Source: a virus
Strand: one strand, 5' to 3'
Length of the DNA: 64,000 nucleotides
IMG/VR virus record: IMGVR_UViG_3300044904_000300
Location: 32,001 to 96,000 of that record
Below the pieces are notes generated by a model. That model was not told where the DNA came from. It made no database searches and saw nothing but the letters and a program-made list of their open reading frames with translations. This document shows, in pieces, positions 56,975-64,000 of the stretch (the stretch's first letter is position 1; every line of letters starts with the position of its first letter). Position numbers and translations under genes: made by a program.

Positions 56975-58933
56975 ATGCCACGAATTTTCGGGTTCGAGTT
57001 TACTTGGAATCGTAAATCATCCAAGCCTGGCTCGACTTCTCCCTATCCTACCGGCACGGTCCTTTCTCCTGTTCCCCCGCAGGACATGGACGGGGCTATC
57101 AACATCCAATACGGGTCTGGTGGCGGCTACTTCGGGTACTACCTGGACCTGGACGGGACGATTGTTGACGACTTCCAGCTTATCAACCGCTACCGCGAGA
57201 TGCAGATTATTGCGGAGGTGGACGAGGCGATTGACCAGATCATCAACGAAATCGTCATCCAAGATGCTGGAAGAATGCCGGTCACACTCAACTTGGATTA
57301 CGTGGATGAGACAGCACTAGACGAACAGAGCAAAATCCGGGTTCAGGCCGAATTCGACAACCTCCTGAAGATGATGAAATTCCACAAGAATGCCTACGCT
57401 GTGATGCGTCAGTGGTATATTGACGGACGACTCTATTACCACATGCTGGTAGACGAGACAAATCCACAGGAAGGCATCCAAGAGCTACGAGTCATCGATC
57501 CCCGCACCATCCGCAAGGTCCGTGAAGTAACGAGAAAGCGTCACATGGACACGCAGATGGACTTGGTGGAGGTCCAACGGGAATACTTCGTGTATAACCC
57601 GATGGGGTTTGTTGCGCCCTCTGGTGTGTCGGGTACGACGGGTAGCACAGCATCCATGCTTCAGTATAACGGCATCAAGATTACGATGGACGCCATCGCA
57701 TTCTGCCCGTCTGGGCTCTTTGATGCCAATAAGCGTACCGTCCTCTCTTGGCTCCATAAAGCGATCAAGCCCCTCAACCTACTCCGCATGATGGAAGACT
57801 CGTGCGTCATCTACCGCGTTGCGCGAGCACCAGAACGTCGAGTGTTCTACATCGACGTGGGAAACTTACCGAAACAGAAGGCCGAACAGTATCTCTACGA
57901 TATCATGCAAAAGTATCGTAACAAGCTGGTGTATGACGTGTCTACAGGTGAGATTCGGGACGACCGCAAGTTCATGAGTATCATGGAAGACTTCTGGCTC
58001 CCTCGGCGAGAAGGTGGGAAGGGCACGGAAATCAGCACACTTCCCGCAGGACAGAACCTCTCGGAGATGGAAGACGTCGATTACTTCCGTCGCAAACTCT
58101 ATCGTTCGCTTGGGTTGCCCCCGTCTCGTATCGATCAGGGTAGTGGATTCAATTTGGGCCGAGCGTCAGAAATCTCGCGGGACGAGTTGCGCTTTGGAAA
58201 GTTTATTCATCGTCTCCAGGTGCAGTTCAATACGATGTTTGACCAGCTACTTGAAGCGCAGCTGCGTCTCAAGGGAGTTATCACCGAACAAGAGTGGTAC
58301 AAGATCAAAGACAGCATCCGCTATGACTGGCAGCAGGATAGCTACTTTGAGGAACTGAAGGGCCAGGAAATGTGGACCTCCCGCCTCAATATGATCAACC
58401 AGCTTGACCCGTATGTGAACAAGTATTTCTCGACCAAATGGGTGGTCCGTAACATCCTCAAATTCAACGAAGAGGAATGGGCGTCCATTCGTGAAGAATT
58501 TGACGACGCAGCGGGGTTGGAGATGGGCGAGGACGATGAGAAGTCCAGCCCATTCCCCACCGACAAGTTCGGCAAGTCTGATGACGAGTCGAAACAGAAC
58601 CCGACATTTGCCAGCCCCGATGACGAAGCCGATGAGATCCTGAAGTCTACAAACGACGAAGAAGACGACACTGCGGTCAATCCAGAGTTTGGTGTTGAGC
58701 TTCCAAAAGACAAGGATACGGATGAGGATGAGGAAGATGAGCTAGATAAGAAGCTCCGCAAGCTCTCTCCCGATGAGGAAGAACACCCGGAACTAGACGA
58801 CCAAGGCTTCAAGAAAGTCAAGAAGCCCGAGGAACCCATCTTGGATGCAGATAAGAGCGAACCCAAGACGGAGTTTGACGACGAAAAGAAAGCTCCGCCC
58901 TTTGGCAAGAAGAAGTCGGGCTTCCCTAAATAA
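56975..58933 (+). CDS. gp20: Portal vertex protein with an acidic C-terminal extension
   Basis: WYIDGR, LHKAIKP.N.LRMMED..VIYR..RAPERRVFYIDVGNLP, EDFWLPRREGGKGTEI.TLP, I.RDELRF.KF. Confidence 0.98.
   Translation: MPRIFGFEFTWNRKSSKPGSTSPYPTGTVLSPVPPQDMDGAINIQYGSGGGYFGYYLDLDGTIVDDFQLINRYREMQIIAEVDEAIDQIINEIVIQDAGRMPVTLNLDYVDETALDEQSKIRVQAEFDNLLKMMKFHKNAYAVMRQWYIDGRLYYHMLVDETNPQEGIQELRVIDPRTIRKVREVTRKRHMDTQMDLVEVQREYFVYNPMGFVAPSGVSGTTGSTASMLQYNGIKITMDAIAFCPSGLFDANKRTVLSWLHKAIKPLNLLRMMEDSCVIYRVARAPERRVFYIDVGNLPKQKAEQYLYDIMQKYRNKLVYDVSTGEIRDDRKFMSIMEDFWLPRREGGKGTEISTLPAGQNLSEMEDVDYFRRKLYRSLGLPPSRIDQGSGFNLGRASEISRDELRFGKFIHRLQVQFNTMFDQLLEAQLRLKGVITEQEWYKIKDSIRYDWQQDSYFEELKGQEMWTSRLNMINQLDPYVNKYFSTKWVVRNILKFNEEEWASIREEFDDAAGLEMGEDDEKSSPFPTDKFGKSDDESKQNPTFASPDDEADEILKSTNDEEDDTAVNPEFGVELPKDKDTDEDEEDELDKKLRKLSPDEEEHPELDDQGFKKVKKPEEPILDADKSEPKTEFDDEKKAPPFGKKKSGFPK
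58926..58932 (+). promoter_or_regulatory. Late promoter CTAAATA
   Basis: Overlaps the gp20 stop; ATG at 58943. Confidence 0.65.
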
Positions 58934-58942
58934 GGTACAACT

Positions 58943-59611
58943 ATGGCAGCATTTAGCGCAAACACCAACACTACCGTCATCCTGATAGACACCGCTTCTC
59001 GTGCGGTCGTCAAGGATGTGCTTTATCTCGTCACTGCTGGCGACGTATCTGCTCGCCTCGTTGTGAACGCAGCTACCCTTGCGGGACGCACGATGACCCT
59101 GACGGGTGTGCCCACTTTCAACCCCGCGCCGGCGGCCGGCCCGATTCCTGGTGAGACCATCACATCAGCGGGTGGAACTAAAGGATACGTCGTGGGCACT
59201 CTCAACGCAGCTCACACGACATTTCAAGCTGTTCTCGCAAACAGTCAAGTAGCATTTGCGAATGGTGATGTGCTGACGACTGAGACCTCAAACGTCACCT
59301 TCACAGTAGGTGGCTCGGGCGCGGTACTCAACCCCGCAAAGGTCTCTATTGTGGGTGCCTGGTGGAGCATCAGCGGAAACTCAACAGGTAGCGTGATTAG
59401 CGTTGAGTTTGCTAACTCTGACTGTGCGTTTACTGCATCGGGAACGGGATGGTTTGGTAAGGGAAACATCCCCGAAGCGATTACGCCGGGTAATGCGTAT
59501 GCGACGGGCGACATCCTCGTTTCGACCTATGGATTGTCCGCAAAGAGTGGCTATACGCTTGTGCTGGATATCCGTAAGGAACTGGGCTTCGCGCAGCGGC
59601 CGATTTACTAA
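58943..59611 (+). CDS. Hypothetical head-associated protein
   Basis: 222-aa ORF between portal and core genes; G.GW.G.....I and GDI..ST....YT..L..RK motifs resemble proteins seen at this position in T4-like phages (from memory). Confidence 0.7.
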   Translation: MAAFSANTNTTVILIDTASRAVVKDVLYLVTAGDVSARLVVNAATLAGRTMTLTGVPTFNPAPAAGPIPGETITSAGGTKGYVVGTLNAAHTTFQAVLANSQVAFANGDVLTTETSNVTFTVGGSGAVLNPAKVSIVGAWWSISGNSTGSVISVEFANSDCAFTASGTGWFGKGNIPEAITPGNAYATGDILVSTYGLSAKSGYTLVLDIRKELGFAQRPIY

Positions 59612-59620
59612 AGGTGGAAC

Positions 59621-59986
59621 ATGAAACACAACATCTATCGCAAACTCATCGAGCACGTTTCACGAAATGAGTGGTCGGACGCCAAAGACATCTTTGACTC
59701 TGTGATCCACGAAAAGGTCGCACTTCGTCTTGAGGCTGAGAAGCGCGAACTGCAGGACGAAGAGGATGCTGTCTTTACACCTCCAAAGCCTGGTAAAGCC
59801 GAGAAGAAGCTTCTTGTCGAACCTGAAGAGGATGATGAGAAGGACGAAAAGGATGTTGAGGAATGCAGCGCTGCTCCCATGAAAATCAAAGAGGGACAGA
59901 AACCGGGTACAAAGACACCGGACTCAAAGAAACCTTGGAAGAAATACTCTCGTCCCGGTGGCTACCCAAATCTACACGGAAAATAA
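59621..59986 (+). CDS. Prohead core protein (gp67-like)
   Basis: A...F...I.EKV..RL...K.E helix followed by an acidic/basic tail; synteny upstream of gp21. Confidence 0.65.
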   Translation: MKHNIYRKLIEHVSRNEWSDAKDIFDSVIHEKVALRLEAEKRELQDEEDAVFTPPKPGKAEKKLLVEPEEDDEKDEKDVEECSAAPMKIKEGQKPGTKTPDSKKPWKKYSRPGGYPNLHGK

Positions 59987-59988
59987 CT

Positions 59989-60921
59989 ATGCCGAACATC
60001 CCTTCCATCATTCTCAGCGCGATTCGCGCTGGTGACTATGCACAAGCGACCGAAAGTGTCGCTCAGGCGCTGCAGAGCAAGGTCGAAATTCGCCTGGCCC
60101 AGGAACGCCAGAACCTCGCACGGAACTTGGTGGGAGAAGCCAACGATGTTAAAGGCCCATTAGGCTGTGACGCAAAACATAAAGGTGGCGCAGTCTGTCG
60201 TCTCAAAGCTGGACATACGGGGAAACACCAAGCGACTGCGGGCGATGAGCATTACATATGGGAAGGTGATGTGCTTGATTTTCCGTGGCAGCGCACTTCA
60301 CATTGCACAGACTGCGGAAAGACTTGGAAAAGCCGCACAGACCCAGACAAGTGCCCCGATTGCAAGTCGCCCCAAATTCATACGGAGCCGCTGAAGGAAG
60401 CCAAAGATAATTCCTGGGCAACTTTTACAGTCAAGTGCCAGGAATGCGGGAAGGTCTTTAAGACGAAAGAACTAAGCCCAAAATGTCCTAAGTGCGGGGG
60501 ATATGACATCGACTTGTCGGAAGCCGTCGACCCCAAGTATGACCAGGCGAGAAAACTAAAAGAGGACAGTGAAGCGGACCAAGCATTCAAAACGACATAT
60601 GGGTTTAATAAGTCTGGAACTGTGATTTTTTCCGCGCCCGGAAAACTTGACTATGCCGAGGTCCACGAACTTAGCCCATCTGTGAAACGTGTTGAGGTGC
60701 ATGGGGTCAACTATGCTGGCCTAGACATTATTGAAGCGGGATACGTTTCATTCTCTATTGACACTTATGGAGACCGAGCAACTACGCAAAAGAGTCTCAT
60801 TTCAAGACTTGCCCGCGCTGGTATTCCAGCAAAACCGGGATATACTCCCTACCAAGACCACATCGGCGTGCAAGTTCCGTCCAAGTATTCAAAGAAGGCG
60901 GATAGAGAACTGTTTGGATAA
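59989..60921 (+). CDS. Core-helix-led multidomain protein (zinc-ribbon string), putative internal head polyprotein A
   Basis: Start reassigned to ATG 59989. gp67-like helix, then C-x9-C-x5-H-x3-H, CTDC/CPDC, CQEC/CPKC units and a C-terminal domain, separated by VGE, IWE, LKE, LSE, LKE. Confidence 0.8.
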   Translation: MPNIPSIILSAIRAGDYAQATESVAQALQSKVEIRLAQERQNLARNLVGEANDVKGPLGCDAKHKGGAVCRLKAGHTGKHQATAGDEHYIWEGDVLDFPWQRTSHCTDCGKTWKSRTDPDKCPDCKSPQIHTEPLKEAKDNSWATFTVKCQECGKVFKTKELSPKCPKCGGYDIDLSEAVDPKYDQARKLKEDSEADQAFKTTYGFNKSGTVIFSAPGKLDYAEVHELSPSVKRVEVHGVNYAGLDIIEAGYVSFSIDTYGDRATTQKSLISRLARAGIPAKPGYTPYQDHIGVQVPSKYSKKADRELFG

Positions 60922-60935
60922 GTGGGAAAATAGCT

Positions 60936-62030
60936 ATGGCCAAGAAACTCAAAGAAGGCGCTGGGCAGGAACGCACCGTGCGCCACCAGTGTAAGAAGTG
61001 CGGCTATCCGTGGATGGGCCCGACCGATGAATGGGAATGTCCAAAGTGTCATGCTCGCGAGTTTAGCGAAGCGCTCAAAGCCGTCCATGATGACGACCAC
61101 CAGGGACTTGCGGAAGCTCTCGGGCGTCTCATGCGGTCCAAGGTGGCATCACGTATCGCTGAAGAGAAGCGGAATGTCGCTGCGGAACTTCTATATCCTC
61201 GCATCGCAGAGGGGCGAACCGGAAAGTGCGTTGGTTGCGGTGAGAAGAGCTTGACGCTGGACGACGATGGACTGTGCCACGAGTGCTGGCAAGCGAAGCG
61301 GGACCATGAAGAAGGCGTGAACGAGGGCTTCATCATCGTCAAGTCGACCAGAGATTCAGACAAGCCCTATGCGGGACCCGCGTGCCAAAAGGCTGGAGTC
61401 CCGAGCGGAAAGGTCTACGCATCAAAGGAAGCAGCAGAAGCGGATGCAGAAAAGATCATGGAAGTCAACCCCGTCTGGTTCGAGGTCATCAAAGAAAGCG
61501 CGGGATGGCGGGGCTCAACGCCTGCGGATCTTGGGAGCATGGCCGTGGCCGATGATGCTTATAACGAGCGCATCAAGCCTGGCGACCGTGTAAGAACGAA
61601 GCGGGGCGGACAAATCCCAGGAATCGTCACGAAAGTCTCGAACGGAAATGTTCATTTTGATGTGGATAATCCTGGTGGATGGACGAAAACTAAGCCTATG
61701 GTGGCTCCGCTGTCTAATGTTGTCAAAGAAGATAGGCCGCATTGGAATACTCCAGTCTGTAGCCACTGTGGAGCAGAGATAGATAAAGCCGGAAAGGCAA
61801 CTAGCGAGCCAGCGGACATCTATCGGCGCGCCAAATGTCCAAACTGCGGAGCGAAGCAGCGCGCCTCTCTTGTGAAAGAAGATACCGTTTCTCAGCACGA
61901 AGTCCAGCGCATCTATGACGAAATTGGCGACGTGGGAGAAACGGAACTTCTGTGCGGAATCTCAGGCCTTCGAGTCAATCCACAGGGACAGGTGATTTCG
62001 TATATCTGTGAGGCGAAGGAAACAGCCTAA
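60936..62030 (+). CDS. Core-helix-containing multidomain protein (zinc ribbons, SH3/KOW-like), putative internal head polyprotein B
   Basis: CKKC/CPKC, CVGC/CHEC, CSHC/CPNC ribbons; IKPGDRVRTK...GIVTKV....VHFD; segments bounded by LKE, FSE, IAE, VNE, IKE, VKE, VKE. Confidence 0.8.
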   Translation: MAKKLKEGAGQERTVRHQCKKCGYPWMGPTDEWECPKCHAREFSEALKAVHDDDHQGLAEALGRLMRSKVASRIAEEKRNVAAELLYPRIAEGRTGKCVGCGEKSLTLDDDGLCHECWQAKRDHEEGVNEGFIIVKSTRDSDKPYAGPACQKAGVPSGKVYASKEAAEADAEKIMEVNPVWFEVIKESAGWRGSTPADLGSMAVADDAYNERIKPGDRVRTKRGGQIPGIVTKVSNGNVHFDVDNPGGWTKTKPMVAPLSNVVKEDRPHWNTPVCSHCGAEIDKAGKATSEPADIYRRAKCPNCGAKQRASLVKEDTVSQHEVQRIYDEIGDVGETELLCGISGLRVNPQGQVISYICEAKETA

Positions 62031-62696
62031 ATGAAACTTATTACAGAAAATATCATAGCAGAAGCTCAAATTTTAGATGAATCTGCTGGAAAAAGTTACT
62101 ACATTACTGGCCCTTTCTTGCAAGCCGAACTCAAGAACAAGAACGGGCGCGTCTATCCGCTGGAACTTCTTGTGCGAGAAGTGAACCGCTACAAGAAAGA
62201 GTTTATCAGCGAAAAACGCGCCCTCGGCGAACTTGGGCATCCTGATAGCCCGACGATCAACTTGGACCGAGTTTCACATCTCATTACAGAGATCAACCAG
62301 TCTGGAAACGACTTTATGGGACGGGCCAAGATACTGGATACTCCAAACGGAAAGATCGTCAAGGCCCTCATAGACGATGGTGTGCAGCTCGGTGTTTCGA
62401 GTCGGGGTGTTGGCAGTCTAAATACAACGTCACAGGGTGATGTTGTCGGCGATGACTTTTATCTCTCCACCGCTGCGGATATCGTAGCAGACCCAAGCGC
62501 CCCGGAAGCCTTCGTGCGCGGGATCATGGAAGGTAAAGAGTGGGTTTGGCAGAATGGGAAGTTGACGGAAGAACAGATACAGCAGTATCGCAAGGAACTT
62601 CAGGCCGCACCCAAGAAGAAAGTCGCACAGCGGAAAGTGGATGAAGCTCGCGTTTTTGAACGGTTTATCCGTGATATCAAGGTGTCCGTCAAGTAA
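62031..62696 (+). CDS. gp21: Prohead protease
   Basis: MKLITE, GPFLQ...KN.NGRVYP, ALGELGHP, VSH.I, GVSSRG.GS, D.VADPSAP.AFV.GIMEG.EW. Confidence 0.98.
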   Translation: MKLITENIIAEAQILDESAGKSYYITGPFLQAELKNKNGRVYPLELLVREVNRYKKEFISEKRALGELGHPDSPTINLDRVSHLITEINQSGNDFMGRAKILDTPNGKIVKALIDDGVQLGVSSRGVGSLNTTSQGDVVGDDFYLSTAADIVADPSAPEAFVRGIMEGKEWVWQNGKLTEEQIQQYRKELQAAPKKKVAQRKVDEARVFERFIRDIKVSVK

Positions 62697-62731
62697 CGCG
62701 GATACAAACACCTGTAGAATGGTGCGGTTTC

Positions 62732-62739
62732 TATAAATA
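62732..62739 (+). promoter_or_regulatory. Late promoter TATAAATA for gp22
   Basis: Upstream of GAGG and ATG 62782. Confidence 0.8.
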
Positions 62740-62781
62740 GTGCCAGTCTAATGACTGCACTCTTTTCAACGAGGTTTTTAC

Positions 62782-64000
62782 ATGGCTGACCTGGTAAATG
62801 ACACGGCAAAACGGCAACTTTCCCCAAAGAATAGTGAGCCCTCACACCTCAAGGGTGGTGGCTACGATGTCCTAGGCGGCCCAACTTGGGACAACAAAGG
62901 TGGCGAGGAGCCATACAAGATCGATGCCTCACGCGGTGTGGGCACAGATACTTCTATCCCTCACGCAACTGGTCCCGAAGCAACGCATCTTCCTCCAAAG
63001 CAGGAAGAGAAGGACCTTGATGTTGAGTTCGACGGCGACGAGAAGAACGAGGAAGTCGATGACCTCGATAAGGAACTTGACAAGTTTGAAGACGTTGAGC
63101 CTATAGACGTTGACATCGAAGTTGACGACGAGGACGACGACGAGAAAGAAGTCAAGGAAGAAGTTGCCGGAAACGACGAGACCGACGAACACCCGTATCC
63201 TGGCCTCAAGAAATCCGACGGCGAAAAGCTCGCCGAAGAAGATGAGGAAGAGGATGAGAAGGGCAAGTTCCCCTTCAAGAAGGAAGTAGACGAGGAAGAC
63301 TCCCTTGGCGACCCTGCGTTGTCAAATTCTAAGATCAAGAGTGCAGCAACAGATGCCGGCATCCCGATCAAGGAAGAAGATGATGATGAGGATGAGAACC
63401 CCTTCGCGAAGAAGGACAAGGAAGTAGAGGAAGAGGATGAGAACCCCTTCGAAAAGAAGGACAAGAAGGACGACGAAAAGGTCGAAGAGACTGTCAAGGT
63501 TCGCATCAAGCTTCCAAGTGCGAAGCTGTTTGAATCTGTCAACATGAGCGCCAAAACCCAGAAGAAGGTCGGCGTTGTGTTTGAACAGGCGATCCGTGCG
63601 ACAACGAAGCAGGTCGCCTCACAGATTCACGCACACTATAAGAAACTCCACGAAGAGCGCCTCGCAAAGCGTGATGCAGCGATGGCGAAGAAGATGGACG
63701 ACTACTTGAGTTATGTGGTTGAGGAATGGATGAAGGCGAATCGCCCAGTCGTTCGTCAGTCACTACGCACTCAGCTAGCCGAGAACTTCCTCGACGGGCT
63801 CCAGAAGCTCTTCAAGGAACACTATATCGATGTACCCGCAAGTAAGGTGAATGTTGTCGAGCAGTTGACCCGTCAGAATGCGAAGTTGAAAGCATCGTTG
63901 AATGAACAGCACGCGCAGAAGCTCAAGCTACGCCGGCTCGCGGAGCAGGCAAACAAGGCGCGAATCGTGGCGGAGTTCGCACGAGGCATGAGCGAAGTAT
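62782..64000 (+). CDS. gp22: Prohead core scaffold protein (3'-truncated)
   Basis: Open frame from ATG 62782; long acidic N-region, then VFE.AI, DDYLSYVVEEWM..N, AENFLDGLQKLFKEHYIDVP. Not in the ORF track. Confidence 0.93.
   Translation, partial: MADLVNDTAKRQLSPKNSEPSHLKGGGYDVLGGPTWDNKGGEEPYKIDASRGVGTDTSIPHATGPEATHLPPKQEEKDLDVEFDGDEKNEEVDDLDKELDKFEDVEPIDVDIEVDDEDDDEKEVKEEVAGNDETDEHPYPGLKKSDGEKLAEEDEEEDEKGKFPFKKEVDEEDSLGDPALSNSKIKSAATDAGIPIKEEDDDEDENPFAKKDKEVEEEDENPFEKKDKKDDEKVEETVKVRIKLPSAKLFESVNMSAKTQKKVGVVFEQAIRATTKQVASQIHAHYKKLHEERLAKRDAAMAKKMDDYLSYVVEEWMKANRPVVRQSLRTQLAENFLDGLQKLFKEHYIDVPASKVNVVEQLTRQNAKLKASLNEQHAQKLKLRRLAEQANKARIVAEFARGMSEV

Noticed and set aside
59863-59988. ORF-track N-terminal extension of the 59989 gene (and similarly at 30644, 52566, 14218-15183, 2073, 953)
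   Set aside because: The extensions overlap upstream genes or promoters; internal ATGs fit RBS/promoter position and family N-termini better.

Overview
This is a 64 kb segment of a T4-like myovirus genome (cyanophage/freshwater-type gene order). Bases 1-9.6 kb hold replication and transcription genes: exonuclease, gp33, gp59, gp32, DNA methyltransferases, an SF2 helicase cassette and a circularly permuted two-piece tmRNA. A minus-strand tail block follows (tape-measure-like protein, gp51, gp26, gp54, gp2, gp4). The rest is the plus-strand morphogenesis cluster: gp48, 53, 27-like, split gp5, an M15 peptidase protein, gp25, 6, 7, 8, a 2300-aa structural protein, fibres and a five-paralog array, gp13-16, split gp17, gp18-20, core proteins, gp21 and a partial gp22. 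Highlights seen directly in the sequence: (1) a slippery heptamer plus hairpin that would fuse gp26 to gp51 by -1 frameshift just upstream of the tape-measure-like gene; (2) two core-protein genes built as strings of small Zn-ribbon/SH3-like domains separated by prohead-protease-type [ILVF]-x-E sites; (3) a resident gp4 reduced to a 20-codon stub and replaced by a gp4 fused to homing-endonuclease-type DNA-binding modules; (4) a two-piece tmRNA; (5) an atypically split Ser1 intein in terminase flanking a GIY-YIG gene; (6) five tandem paralogs in the fibre locus; (7) systematic promoter-to-ATG spacing suggesting leaderless mRNAs. All product names come from recognising motifs and T4-like synteny by eye, with no database searches.
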